Origin: Candidatus Bathyarchaeota archaeon
Lineage (GTDB): Archaea > Thermoproteota > CALKCG01 > B24
Length of the DNA: 64,000 nt
Assembly (NCBI GenBank): GCA_018396755.1
Contig: JAGTQM010000004.1
Location: 17,099-81,098, forward strand
Direction: 5' to 3'
Shown here: positions 49,354 to 59,319 of the stretch, piece after piece
Layout: each line of letters begins with the position of its first letter
How positions within the stretch are numbered: the first letter of the stretch is position 1
Position numbers and translations under genes: made by a program
The notes under the pieces: generated by a model
Told to the model about the DNA's origin: nothing
Databases searched by the model: none
What the model saw: only the letters and a program-made list of their open reading frames with translations

Positions 49354-50733
49354 GTGTTAATTAAATTGGAGAGTATGATATGGCGGGTTTTGAACGAGAT
49401 CCCCGATTTCAAGGAGTTTATGAATGTTGATGAGCTCAACGCGAGCGCCAGAGAACTAGCGTCTAAACATCCAGATAGAGTTTCCATGTTTAAGATAGGT
49501 GAGGCAAGGAATGGAGAACCAATCAATTGCCTTAAAATAGGTTCTGGGGAATTGACGGCTTTGCTCTTCGCTTTTCCACATCCCAACGAGCCGATTGGAA
49601 GTATGACATTGGAATATCTTTCTTGGAGGCTGTCTGTAGATGACACCTTTAGAAGTAAGATGAATACAACATGGTATATCATAAAGTGCGTAGATCCTTT
49701 TGGAGCTAGATTAAACGAGGGTTGGTTTAAAGGAGATTGGTCTCTGAGAAAATATGCTCTAAACTACTACAGGCCTCCAGGATATAAGCAGATTGAATGG
49801 GCTTTTCCAGTAGAGTATAAAACGTTGAAGTTTGATAAGCCTATTCCTGAGACCCAGGCTTTAATGAATTTGATCAACGAAATCAAACCCGACTATGTGA
49901 GTTCCCTTCATAACGCTGGTTTCTGTGGAGCTTACTTCTATCTTTCAGATCCAATTCCAGATGTGTATGATAAACTCCACGTGGTTACATCTAAGTTTGA
50001 TATCCCGCTTCACCTAGGTGAGCCTGAAGTACCCTATGCGAATAAGTTTGCCGACGCCATCTTCAAGATGCCAACAGTAGTTGAGGAGTACGAGTATTTA
50101 GCTGAGCATCTTAAGAAGGATCCATCTGAAGTGATAAGAAGCGGTGCTAGTAGCGATGAATACGTGAAAAGGATCAATAAAAATGCTTTAACGGTCGTAT
50201 GCGAGGTCCCCTACATATACGACGATAGAATTGCTAATACCACTCCAGTTGGTATTAAACGTAGAGATATTCTACTTTTAGAAGCTGAAAAAACCAGGCG
50301 GCAACTTATAGAGCTTAAAAAGAGACTAGAAACTATTAAATATTGTGTTGACGAATCATCTCCATTCTATGAAGCTTTATCGGAGTTTATAAGGATAGGT
50401 CTTGAATCTGTAAAGGCTAGGAAGAACTGGGCGAAGAAAGATCCATCTACCACCCGTCAGGCTACAGTTTCAGAATTATTCGATAGTATGGTTGCTAGGA
50501 TCTACTTTTACGGAATGCTTAGACTCGGTCTATTCTATAGACTAACCTGCGAAAAACCCGAAGAACCAATCCTCAAGGAGCACTGCAAGTGGAGTTTAAA
50601 GAAGATAGAACTTATGTGTAAAGAGTTTATGGATATGTCGAATTACATAGTGATACCCGTTAGAAACTTAGTGGGTGTTCAATTGGGGTCGATACTTTAT
50701 ACGTTAATGGCTAAATCGTCAATTTCCAACTAG
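49354..50733 (+). CDS. M14-like zinc carboxypeptidase-fold protein
   Basis: FPHPNEPIG (HxxE zinc motif) and downstream SLHNAGF (third His ligand). A strong GGAGGTG Shine-Dalgarno at 49350-49356. Alternative starts TTG 49366 and ATG 49375. Confidence 0.45.
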   Translation: MLIKLESMIWRVLNEIPDFKEFMNVDELNASARELASKHPDRVSMFKIGEARNGEPINCLKIGSGELTALLFAFPHPNEPIGSMTLEYLSWRLSVDDTFRSKMNTTWYIIKCVDPFGARLNEGWFKGDWSLRKYALNYYRPPGYKQIEWAFPVEYKTLKFDKPIPETQALMNLINEIKPDYVSSLHNAGFCGAYFYLSDPIPDVYDKLHVVTSKFDIPLHLGEPEVPYANKFADAIFKMPTVVEEYEYLAEHLKKDPSEVIRSGASSDEYVKRINKNALTVVCEVPYIYDDRIANTTPVGIKRRDILLLEAEKTRRQLIELKKRLETIKYCVDESSPFYEALSEFIRIGLESVKARKNWAKKDPSTTRQATVSELFDSMVARIYFYGMLRLGLFYRLTCEKPEEPILKEHCKWSLKKIELMCKEFMDMSNYIVIPVRNLVGVQLGSILYTLMAKSSISN

Positions 50734-50735
50734 CA

Positions 50736-52685
50736 TCAGACTTCAATTTTAAACGCGTCCTCTGCGGCTAATGCGTCGTATACTCTGATGGTAAAATCGA
50801 AAAGCCTCCTCGTATCGTCAACGCTTAATTCAGCACGGGAGCTATTAACTGGCCTTTTAATTCGCGCCTCCCTGGGTGCTATAAGGGCGGCAACTTCAGG
50901 TACGTCTGCGTAGAGTAGTATTCTAGGTGGATATAAGCTTGGGGGTTGAACTAGAGTCTTCTCCACTTTGTAAGATGCTAAGAGTCCCTCGACCTCCACT
51001 TCATCTATTCTGCTGTCTAAAGCCGTTGCAAACAATGCTATTAACCCGGCTTCCGAGAAACCGTGAATTACGAGCTTCTTACGTAGAAATCCCCTGAATG
51101 CTAAATAGTCTACTGTTCTCAAGACGTCAAAAACTCTCATTCCAAGTATGTGTCTTCCTAAGACTAAACTATTCTTAGCAGATATGCTTTCGTCGTAATC
51201 GGTTTCTCCAATGCCTCTGTAGTCGATTAGGATAGCAAGCCTCTTGTTTTCAGCAGTCTCCCTAACCCTTCTATCGGCAAATATTGAGGATTTACCTGAA
51301 GGCGTCAGGAAAATATGTGCTTCTTCAAACCCATCTACCTCTCTTAGGAGAATAGCAGGAATTATTATATCCCATTCGCTTCTGAAGCTTACGTATTCTA
51401 CTATTACATGATCTAAGCATTCAACTCTGTAGGTCCTAGCGTCTAAATCCACTCTCTCTGGGAAACCCCCAAAAACATCCTCAATTATGTGTTTCTTAAG
51501 CTCTTCTCTACGTTTAAGGTATTCATCCGGGTTTAATTTTGCAAACCTATCTAAGGAATTATACCTTGCATTGTAAATTGAAAAGATTGTTTCACCCCTC
51601 TCTGGAATACCGTCATGGAAGCACTTAAGCACGTCTGAATCAAACGGTTCGACTACTATTTCAGGCTCACGACCGTCTCTTTCAACTCCCATGAGCCACC
51701 TATCAAACCAGCGGTATACCGCTTCTCTCATCTCTCTATTGTATCCGTGCGGCGCATAACTTTCATACATGGCTATTTTATCTCCGTACCCCATGAGTTC
51801 ATATATGTATTTTACACGTGAGAAGGCTTTTCTAGCCGACGTTATTGGAAAAGTTTCGTCCAATATACTACTGACAATCAGAAGTGGGCGTGGAGCTATA
51901 CATGCCAATACATCAGATACATTGGCAAATTTAAGCATACTGGGAATACATTCGCAGAAGCATCTACCGGATGCAACTTGATCTTCAAAAACTTCAGCTG
52001 AACATACTGGAGCTGCAGCCTTCACTCTATCATCTAATGCTGCTAAATACATGGTTTGATTCCCACCACCAGAGGCGCCAGTTACACCTATACGTTCTGG
52101 ATCAACCTCCATTCTAGATTGAAGGTAGTCTATAGCACACATATTGTCGAAAGCTTCAATGGCTTGTAAGGTTAAACCTACAGCGGGTAGTATGTAACCT
52201 TCCCAGTGGCCCTGATACCTTCTTTCACCATAACCTACTTTATCTACAGCTAAAGACACGTAGCCTCTTAAGGCGAAACCTATGCAGGTAGCCTGCACAG
52301 CATCTTGATGTTTAGCATGACGCCAATGACCGTGTACTCTGAGAACGGCTGGCACCGGTTTTTCAAGCTTCGAAGGTATGTATAGGTTGGCTGAAACGTA
52401 CAAACCCGGGATTGTCTCGAGAATCACCTTCTCTAAAACGTAGCCTTTCCTCTCAACTCTACCGACTAGATTAGCCTTAACGTTTCTCTCAGGTAAAATA
52501 TCCATTCCCATAGCTTTTCTCAACATCGTTAAAATGCTGGCTCTTCTCTCAAGCCAGCTTGGACAATCTCTAGGTTTATCCCGGCTTCTTTCAAGCTCGT
52601 CGCAAAGTCTTGCAAAATGCTCTCTAAGCATAGAACCATACCCCATGTAGAAAACGTTTAAATCGCTCCACACTTCTCTACTCAA
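50736..52685 (-). CDS. Tandem alpha/beta-hydrolase-domain protein (esterase/peptidase-like)
   Basis: GVTGASGGG in the N-terminal half and HGFSEAG in the C-terminal half suggest two serine-hydrolase folds. 649 aa. TTG start, with an alternative ATG at 52646. Confidence 0.45.
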   Translation of the reverse strand: MSREVWSDLNVFYMGYGSMLREHFARLCDELERSRDKPRDCPSWLERRASILTMLRKAMGMDILPERNVKANLVGRVERKGYVLEKVILETIPGLYVSANLYIPSKLEKPVPAVLRVHGHWRHAKHQDAVQATCIGFALRGYVSLAVDKVGYGERRYQGHWEGYILPAVGLTLQAIEAFDNMCAIDYLQSRMEVDPERIGVTGASGGGNQTMYLAALDDRVKAAAPVCSAEVFEDQVASGRCFCECIPSMLKFANVSDVLACIAPRPLLIVSSILDETFPITSARKAFSRVKYIYELMGYGDKIAMYESYAPHGYNREMREAVYRWFDRWLMGVERDGREPEIVVEPFDSDVLKCFHDGIPERGETIFSIYNARYNSLDRFAKLNPDEYLKRREELKKHIIEDVFGGFPERVDLDARTYRVECLDHVIVEYVSFRSEWDIIIPAILLREVDGFEEAHIFLTPSGKSSIFADRRVRETAENKRLAILIDYRGIGETDYDESISAKNSLVLGRHILGMRVFDVLRTVDYLAFRGFLRKKLVIHGFSEAGLIALFATALDSRIDEVEVEGLLASYKVEKTLVQPPSLYPPRILLYADVPEVAALIAPREARIKRPVNSSRAELSVDDTRRLFDFTIRVYDALAAEDAFKIEV

Positions 52686-52761
52686 CGCCTACACCTTTCT
52701 ATTCTCTTTGTTAGAAAGACTTATAATGTTTTAAATTGAAAAGGGAATTTGAGGCGGGAAA

Positions 52762-54765
52762 ATGGTTGAGACAAGTCAAGAGCGAATGCCTTGGATTCTC
52801 GTGATAATCCTAACAATTCTGCTGGGCTCTATTGGAACGTTCTGGATATCAACTCTTCCAGGAAGTTTAATTTCAGCATACGATCTTGGAATAGTCGTCT
52901 GCGGTATGGAGTTAACATCGGCGCCATTCATACTGGCACTAATTACTGGCATAGGTAGATTCTTTAAAGGATTTAAAGCAAAAATAAATTCCACTCTTTT
53001 AACCTATGTATACACTGTAGCGATAGTGAGCTCCTACTTCATCTCAACCCACTGGCCGTGGAATATTCCTCTACGCTTTTGGTTGGATAGATTCATGTAC
53101 GCTGAGGATTCGCAGGCATTTGTTCCAGTATTTATGGCACCTCCAGCTGAAATAACTCGGCAATTAACATTTGGAAAAGTGCCATTTCCATTGATGGAGT
53201 GGCTTCCATCTATATTATATTGGTGGCTTTGTCAAGTGCTATTCGGTCTATTCATGTTATCGATCGCTAACATACTGCGTAGACGATATATAGACATTGA
53301 GAAAGTACCGTTTCCACACGCTATGGCCACGTATGAATCTATCAGACAGATCTCTACAGATATGAAAGTCCCTGAAAGAATCGTTAGATTCTTCCTAGTA
53401 GGTTTGATAGTCGGTATTGGTCTTCAATTGCCCATATATCTGCAAGCGGCTTTTCCGTGGTTTCCAGACATCTTCTCTTGGCGCGTTAACACGTGTCCAT
53501 CTGGGCAACAGTACGTAGGTTGGGGTGAAACAGTGCTGGGCTTAGTATCTTTAACCGCTTGGAATAAACAACCGTTGGCATACGCTATAGCTTATATGAT
53601 GCCTCTATCCGTTCTATTCAACGGTTGGTTCTGGTACGTCGTCCTCCTCTTATTGACACAAGTAGCCTATACCGTTGGATACTATACTGGCATACAAAAT
53701 ATAGGCGGATGTGGTAGAGCATGGTGTCACCCATCACCGTTAAACGACCCACCATTCAAATTCCACGTCATGACTTTTGTTGGAGGAAACCTTGGGATAG
53801 CTGTTTTATACCTCTACCTCAGTAGAAGTTATATAATTGAAACGCTTAGAACAGCCTTCAGCTCAAGAAGCAGCTCTCTTAAAGAAGTTGAATCTACAGA
53901 GCCTACGTCGTATAAAACGTCATGGCTGATGTTTTTAACATCTCTAATACTCTGTATAGCCTTCTTACTGGTAACAGGATTAAGTATACTATCGACTCTA
54001 ATATTCATGTTTACAATCTTCATATTCTGGATAGCCTTCTCCAGAGTCTTCGGTCTAGCTGGTCTACACACTAGAAGCGACAGCTACGGTATGGTCTTTT
54101 GGAAACCCATATGGCCCGTAGTTCCAGAAACTAGGTCAAAAGACTTTGTTCTCTCAGTATGCTTAATAAGAACGATGGGTATCGATACGCCGTCATATGG
54201 ATGGGGTGGAACCCTTTTCGGGGCTTTCTGTAGTTACAGGATCGCCAGTTTGACAGGTGTTAGCAGTAAGAACGTATTCAAAACATTAATTGTTGCTATA
54301 ACGTTGTTGCCAATCGTGACACTATCTACGGTTCTTGCCATGAGTTACGGTGTTGGTCTTAGCAAGTTTACTACGTACAACTGGGGTTACGGTGACGGAA
54401 TAATTCACCATCTGGCTAGTGAGTGGTATTACAATGAGCAACCTGCAGCTGGATCAATGTTTGAGTATATCTTAGTAGGATTTATAATAGCAGGAGTTCT
54501 CTCAGCGCTTCACGCAAGATTCATATGGTTTCCGTTTGAGCCTATAGGCTGGATCGTAGGCTGGAGCTATCTATCAATCCTATGGGGGTTCTGGCTTCCG
54601 TTCTTAGCGGCTTGGATTCTAAAGTTCATAACCCTAAGAATAGGTGGAAGTAAAGGATATGAAGAAGTTGGTCTACCATTCTTCGGTGGGGTTGCCGCTG
54701 GATGTATGTTAGCAATATTCATAGGAGGGTTAATGAGCATTATAAGGTTTTTCATACCATTTTAA
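52762..54765 (+). CDS. Large polytopic membrane protein, uncharacterised family (paralog B)
   Basis: 667 aa. Shares IDIEKVPFPHA, FPWFPD, YYTGIQNIGGCGRAWCHPSPLNDPPFKF and C-terminal RIGGSKGYEE with paralog A. Confidence 0.8.
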   Translation: MVETSQERMPWILVIILTILLGSIGTFWISTLPGSLISAYDLGIVVCGMELTSAPFILALITGIGRFFKGFKAKINSTLLTYVYTVAIVSSYFISTHWPWNIPLRFWLDRFMYAEDSQAFVPVFMAPPAEITRQLTFGKVPFPLMEWLPSILYWWLCQVLFGLFMLSIANILRRRYIDIEKVPFPHAMATYESIRQISTDMKVPERIVRFFLVGLIVGIGLQLPIYLQAAFPWFPDIFSWRVNTCPSGQQYVGWGETVLGLVSLTAWNKQPLAYAIAYMMPLSVLFNGWFWYVVLLLLTQVAYTVGYYTGIQNIGGCGRAWCHPSPLNDPPFKFHVMTFVGGNLGIAVLYLYLSRSYIIETLRTAFSSRSSSLKEVESTEPTSYKTSWLMFLTSLILCIAFLLVTGLSILSTLIFMFTIFIFWIAFSRVFGLAGLHTRSDSYGMVFWKPIWPVVPETRSKDFVLSVCLIRTMGIDTPSYGWGGTLFGAFCSYRIASLTGVSSKNVFKTLIVAITLLPIVTLSTVLAMSYGVGLSKFTTYNWGYGDGIIHHLASEWYYNEQPAAGSMFEYILVGFIIAGVLSALHARFIWFPFEPIGWIVGWSYLSILWGFWLPFLAAWILKFITLRIGGSKGYEEVGLPFFGGVAAGCMLAIFIGGLMSIIRFFIPF

Positions 54766-54821
54766 ACCCCTATATTTTTTATAAGTAGAAAATGCATTAA
54801 ATAGATTCGGGATTTTCCACT

Positions 54822-55646
54822 ATGAATGTTGGTAAAAGGTTAAGGTTTAGGAGGTTATTCACCCATAGGAGAAGCGTGATAGTCGCAATAGACCACGGAT
54901 CTTACTGGGGTTATATAGCTGGTCTTGAGAATCCGAATCGCGTAGTTGAGAAGTTGAGTGAAACTTGTGCTGACGCTATAGCTGCAACGCCTTTTACGTT
55001 GAAAAGAGTATGCGATTCTATAGGGAATCTAGCAGCCGTAGCTAGAATCGATAGTAGTGTTACCGTTTACGATGATATGGAGAACGATATGCCGATTACA
55101 ACGGTAGAGCATTTAGTAGCTATGGGGGTTGATGCCGCTATGACTATGTGCTATTTTGGAGGGGCAAAGTCGTCTGAGCAACAGAGGAAGTTAGGTATGC
55201 TTGCAACGGAATGTGAAAAACTTGGTCTACCGCTAATAGTTGAAGCTCTCCCAGCTAAACTAATTGATTACCACTTCAGCAGAGAAAAAGCCCGTGGAAA
55301 AGCTTTAACAGACTTCATAACTATTGAAGATTTACTTGTTGTAAGTAGAGTTAGTGCAGAACTTGGAGCAGATGCTATTAAAACATACTATCTAGGATCT
55401 ATAGAAGAGTATAAAAAGGTCGTTGAAAATGCCAATATACCCATATTAGTCCTTGGAGGACCTAAAGTCAAAACCTTCGAAGAATACTTAGAGCTGGTTA
55501 AAAACGCTATGGATGCTGGAGCTAAAGGAGTTGTAGTGGGTAGAAACGTATGGCAAAGGGAAGACATTAAAAGCACTATGAAGGTAATATGTGCAATAGT
55601 ACATGAGGGTAAAGATGTTGAGTATGCTCGAAGATTTCTAAAGTAA
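54822..55646 (+). CDS. Class I aldolase, DhnA/FbaB-type (fructose-bisphosphate aldolase / ADH synthase family)
   Basis: VIVAIDHG (substrate-binding), AIKTYY (Schiff-base Lys region), LVLGGPK. 274 aa. Confidence 0.55.
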   Translation: MNVGKRLRFRRLFTHRRSVIVAIDHGSYWGYIAGLENPNRVVEKLSETCADAIAATPFTLKRVCDSIGNLAAVARIDSSVTVYDDMENDMPITTVEHLVAMGVDAAMTMCYFGGAKSSEQQRKLGMLATECEKLGLPLIVEALPAKLIDYHFSREKARGKALTDFITIEDLLVVSRVSAELGADAIKTYYLGSIEEYKKVVENANIPILVLGGPKVKTFEEYLELVKNAMDAGAKGVVVGRNVWQREDIKSTMKVICAIVHEGKDVEYARRFLK

Positions 55647-55678
55647 TAGCCATCTCATCCTTATTCTTTTAAGCTTTG

Positions 55679-56389
55679 CTAAAAAATCATAGCTAAAGCC
55701 CTGCAGGGACCACCATCAGAATCTTTAAACGCTATAGGAGCGTAGATAAAGTAAGCCCTCCGGTATTTCCTGCCATCAAGGACTGAGTTGAGATTCCTTA
55801 AGGACTCTATGAGTATTATACCCGCGCCGAGTAGAATGCGGTGGACTCTAGCTGGCGACCCTTCAACCGCTACTGGCCCATGCCCGGGTAGCTGCCCATC
55901 CCATCCTCCAACGCTTAACGTATCAACCCCAAGGGCTTTTATCTTTTTCTCAACCAAGTACTCGGCAGTTTCTTCGATTACATACGGCCATTCAAAAAGA
56001 TACTCTGGATTAAACCCAAACTTCTTATCCCAGCCAGTATGAAGCATTAAAACATCTCCAAGTCTGATTTCATTCTCATAGGCTTTAAGGTCATTGATGG
56101 TAATTGGCTCCCCAGCCTTCTTATACGAGAGATCTACTACTAAGCCTTCACCAGCAAAAGCATCTATTGGCAATTGGTCAGTAGACTTCCCCCCAACGAT
56201 GAAATGTAAAGGTGCGTCGATATGCGTACCGCTGTGCGTGGTCATCTGTCGAATCATATGCATAGTGTTTCCATCGCGTGCAACATTACTCAACATTTCA
56301 TATAGAAGATTCGGTTGAGTAGGCCATGAAGGCATACAGTTATACAATACCTGACTTAAATCAACTATTTTAACGGGCTTCATATGCAC
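55679..56389 (-). CDS. Cyclase-family protein (kynurenine formamidase-like)
   Basis: HSGTHIDAPLHF matches the HxGTHxDxPxH cyclase motif. GTG at 56389, alternative ATG at 56383. Confidence 0.7.
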   Translation of the reverse strand: MHMKPVKIVDLSQVLYNCMPSWPTQPNLLYEMLSNVARDGNTMHMIRQMTTHSGTHIDAPLHFIVGGKSTDQLPIDAFAGEGLVVDLSYKKAGEPITINDLKAYENEIRLGDVLMLHTGWDKKFGFNPEYLFEWPYVIEETAEYLVEKKIKALGVDTLSVGGWDGQLPGHGPVAVEGSPARVHRILLGAGIILIESLRNLNSVLDGRKYRRAYFIYAPIAFKDSDGGPCRALAMIF

Positions 56390-56594
56390 CTCTTAAATAT
56401 TCTCATTAAACCAAATTATACTTTTCCACAGACAGATGGTTTAATGAGCTGAAGACAATAAAGAGATGTTACTTGCTTTGCTAGGGCTCTAAGAAAAGCT
56501 ATAAGATGGATACCCTTTCTCTCACACCTTTACATTCAAAGTAGAATTTCCATGTATTATGAAGCTTTTGTATCAAATTGATGGAAGTTTTTAA

Positions 56595-56879
56595 ATGCCG
56601 CTCAAACATATAGGTCTACCACCATCCTCATTGGAGGAGCTTAAGTCGATAAGCAACGATTACGACTACGTTCTAGGGATAAACAATTGGCTTGTAAGAA
56701 TTAAAAAAGGCGCCTACGTCTTCGAGAGAGAATTCATTAAGAAGTATGGGAAGAACCGTATGCCCCTAGCGGAAGCCTGGATTGAAGACTTCAACTATTC
56801 AATATCTTCACCAATACTAACGGCAGATGAACTGATAGAGCTTATACGAAGCATGAGACCTATGACACGAAATACTTAG
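56595..56879 (+). CDS. Hypothetical small protein
   Basis: 94 aa. ATG start. No motif. Confidence 0.3.
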   Translation: MPLKHIGLPPSSLEELKSISNDYDYVLGINNWLVRIKKGAYVFEREFIKKYGKNRMPLAEAWIEDFNYSISSPILTADELIELIRSMRPMTRNT

Positions 56880-56930
56880 AGACTTGACATAACTATTACG
56901 TTAGCTTAGTAAAATAAGCTGTTCTAATCT

Positions 56931-57587
56931 TTATGGAAGTTCCACTGTTAAGGTCTCGAGTAGATATTTCAAGCTCTCTACAATCATATCAGGACATGAA
57001 CTCTCAAGTTCTTCCCTAGATGCAACTCCGGTTAAAACGGCGACTGTGAATACGCCAGCGGCTCTACCAGCTTCAACGTCATAGACAGTATCACCTACAT
57101 ATATCGCTTCATAAGACTCTACGTCTAGCCTTTTAACGGCTTCTTTAATTATATCTGGATGCGGCTTCCCCCTCTTAACATCTTCAGCACCTATTATAAC
57201 GTCTATATAGCTGAGCAATCCAGTTAAGTCCAAGACTCTAACTATAAGCTTCCGTGGATTTGAAGAAGCCACAGCGGTCTTCAAACTGATCATCTTGAAT
57301 TCTCTAATGGCATCTGCGACTCCACTGATCGGTTTAACTAAATCTAAACAATTCTTCATAAATATCTCATCTTTAAGCTCGGCAAATTGAATAAAGTCCC
57401 CAATCCTACTGCGCGGTAGAAAGGCTTTAGCCATATCGTAACTCGACTTGCCGAATTCGGATTTTATCTTAGCTTCTGAAATATAGACGCCTAATATCTC
57501 AGCTGCTTTAGACCAAGCTTTTAAATGTGCCTCTGAAGAATCTATAAGAGTACCATCCATATCCAATACTATGGCCTTAAACCTCAA
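56931..57587 (-). CDS. HAD-superfamily hydrolase (subfamily IA, beta-phosphoglucomutase/phosphatase-like)
   Basis: IVLDMDGTLIDS motif I, SS motif II region, and K...GDTVYDVEAG motifs III/IV. TTG start. Confidence 0.7.
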   Translation of the reverse strand: MRFKAIVLDMDGTLIDSSEAHLKAWSKAAEILGVYISEAKIKSEFGKSSYDMAKAFLPRSRIGDFIQFAELKDEIFMKNCLDLVKPISGVADAIREFKMISLKTAVASSNPRKLIVRVLDLTGLLSYIDVIIGAEDVKRGKPHPDIIKEAVKRLDVESYEAIYVGDTVYDVEAGRAAGVFTVAVLTGVASREELESSCPDMIVESLKYLLETLTVELP

Positions 57588-57887
57588 AGTTAGTATCCAA
57601 ATTATATAGACGGTTAAAGCTTATATAAAAATCCATCTGGAATTCATAGGATAAATGTTCTATTAGAACATAATTTAAAAGCTTGTTGTTACTGGAACGT
57701 GTCTTTAAAGCATTACCAGTAGAGCTTTGGAAACATTTAAATTTTTTGTGTTTAAAAAATTAAACTTGAGGAAGCTTGAAGAGGAAGATCCTAATTGCAC
57801 TCTGCGTTTCAATAACCACTGTTGCTGGTCTAATAGCTTTGCTAAAATTGCAAGCGACACCTGTACAGCATACCGGGGGAGGATCTA

Positions 57888-58190
57888 ATGAAGCTTTCAG
57901 TATACCTCCTCCCCCCCGATGAGCATGCCGTGATCGTTGAGACGGCTGAAGAGGCTTCTAAGCTTTTGAACTCCACTACCCCTGTAAGGCTTCCGATGAA
58001 CATACCGGCTAATATGAGATATGTAAAGATCCTTATTCTAAAGGGTGTAGCGGCCTACGTCTTCTACTCAGAAGAGCCTATGGCTGAAACAGACAACCCG
58101 TTCATCCTAATGTACATGCAGTTTGGGTGGAGGTTTGCAAATATAACAGGAGCCCCACCCGAGATCACTGTGTTTATAGGGGAAGCTTGA
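57888..58190 (+). CDS. Hypothetical protein. It may be fused by frameshifts to an upstream signal-peptide segment (from 57776) and to the downstream ORF 58207..58449.
   Basis: Strong GGGGAGGA Shine-Dalgarno before the ATG. The upstream frame encodes MKRKILIALCVSITTVAGLIALL..., ending in a C7 tract at 57911-57917. Confidence 0.4.
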   Translation: MKLSVYLLPPDEHAVIVETAEEASKLLNSTTPVRLPMNIPANMRYVKILILKGVAAYVFYSEEPMAETDNPFILMYMQFGWRFANITGAPPEITVFIGEA

Positions 58191-58206
58191 CCCTGAGTCT
58201 GCCGCT

Positions 58207-58449
58207 ATGGCTGCAAGCCTCTCAGCCTCAGAAGAGTCTGTGAGGAAGTATGCCGATGAGTATAATCTGACGATGACGATCGTAGATGGTGTACCTGTCT
58301 TCGGCTATGAGCCTGTGAAAAGCAGATTGTCCATTCAGCCTATAGGTGTGGTGCACTTCTACAAGGGTGATTTAACATACGATATCAGAACCCACCTTTC
58401 ATTCGAGGAGATAGTAGAGATTGCCAGGTCGATTATCGAGCAGTTGTAG
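58207..58449 (+). CDS. Hypothetical small protein
   Basis: 80 aa. The frame is open from 58180, directly after a G4 run at 58179-58182. Confidence 0.3.
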   Translation: MAASLSASEESVRKYADEYNLTMTIVDGVPVFGYEPVKSRLSIQPIGVVHFYKGDLTYDIRTHLSFEEIVEIARSIIEQL

Positions 58450-58456
58450 AGTGATC

Positions 58457-59146
58457 ATGGTAATAATAACTGTAGTAGTGGCAACCATCGTCTACCCAGT
58501 TTGGGCTGAAGGCCATTTAGGGCCTGATGGATATTACCACTTCTATGCTCGTGGATATTGGTATTTCTCTATAAACATAAACTACCAGACGCTGGGTGTG
58601 TCTGGTAGAATCACGGTCTACAATAATAAAATTAAGGGTACTGGAATATGCATATTTGAATGCGTAAACACAATGTTCTCCGACGGCTCATGGATACAGA
58701 TAGGTTATGAGAAAAATTGGGAAGGAAACATGGAGCTAAAATACTACTATGAATACTACATTGTCAGAGCGACACCTCAGCCTATACTTACTCCCTTTAA
58801 AAGCGCATCCGCTGGAGAGGTGCCAAGTTTCAATATCTATCGCTCAGGTTCCTTGAATAACGGATGGGTATGGAAGATGATTAAAGACGGTAGCCTAGTG
58901 CAACAGCTGACTTTACCATCATTCTATGCCTCTGGGAAGGCTGAAGCATTTTTCGAATCAGTAGACACTACGAAAGAGATGAGCTATAACCAGGGGACAG
59001 GCCGGTTTACGGAGCTGAAATATTACTATGGAGGAGTTTGGTCAAGTTGGGATGCTATAAAGTTTATCGTAGACTCTCCTTACCACGTTAAGCCTTTAGA
59101 CGCCAATAAATTTGAAACATGGGGAGACTACGACGCAGACCCCTAA
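58457..59146 (+). CDS. Hypothetical secreted protein (signal peptide, Tyr/Trp-rich beta-type domain)
   Basis: MVIITVVVATIVYPVWA-EGH signal-peptide-like N-terminus from the ATG at 58457. The ORF is open from 58421. Aromatic-rich mature region. Confidence 0.4.
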   Translation: MVIITVVVATIVYPVWAEGHLGPDGYYHFYARGYWYFSININYQTLGVSGRITVYNNKIKGTGICIFECVNTMFSDGSWIQIGYEKNWEGNMELKYYYEYYIVRATPQPILTPFKSASAGEVPSFNIYRSGSLNNGWVWKMIKDGSLVQQLTLPSFYASGKAEAFFESVDTTKEMSYNQGTGRFTELKYYYGGVWSSWDAIKFIVDSPYHVKPLDANKFETWGDYDADP

Positions 59147-59319
59147 AGAGCCAGGATAAACGGCTTCTCTAGTCTAGATGATTTAGAAGTGAAAACTATC
59201 CCGCGCATACTAGAACTAGCTAATCTTATGTTGAAGCTTTTCGTGAACAACTTGTGAAATTACTTTCACATTCGTTTTAAAGACCAGTATTTTTACCAAG
59301 AAACCTTTGTTAATTAAAA

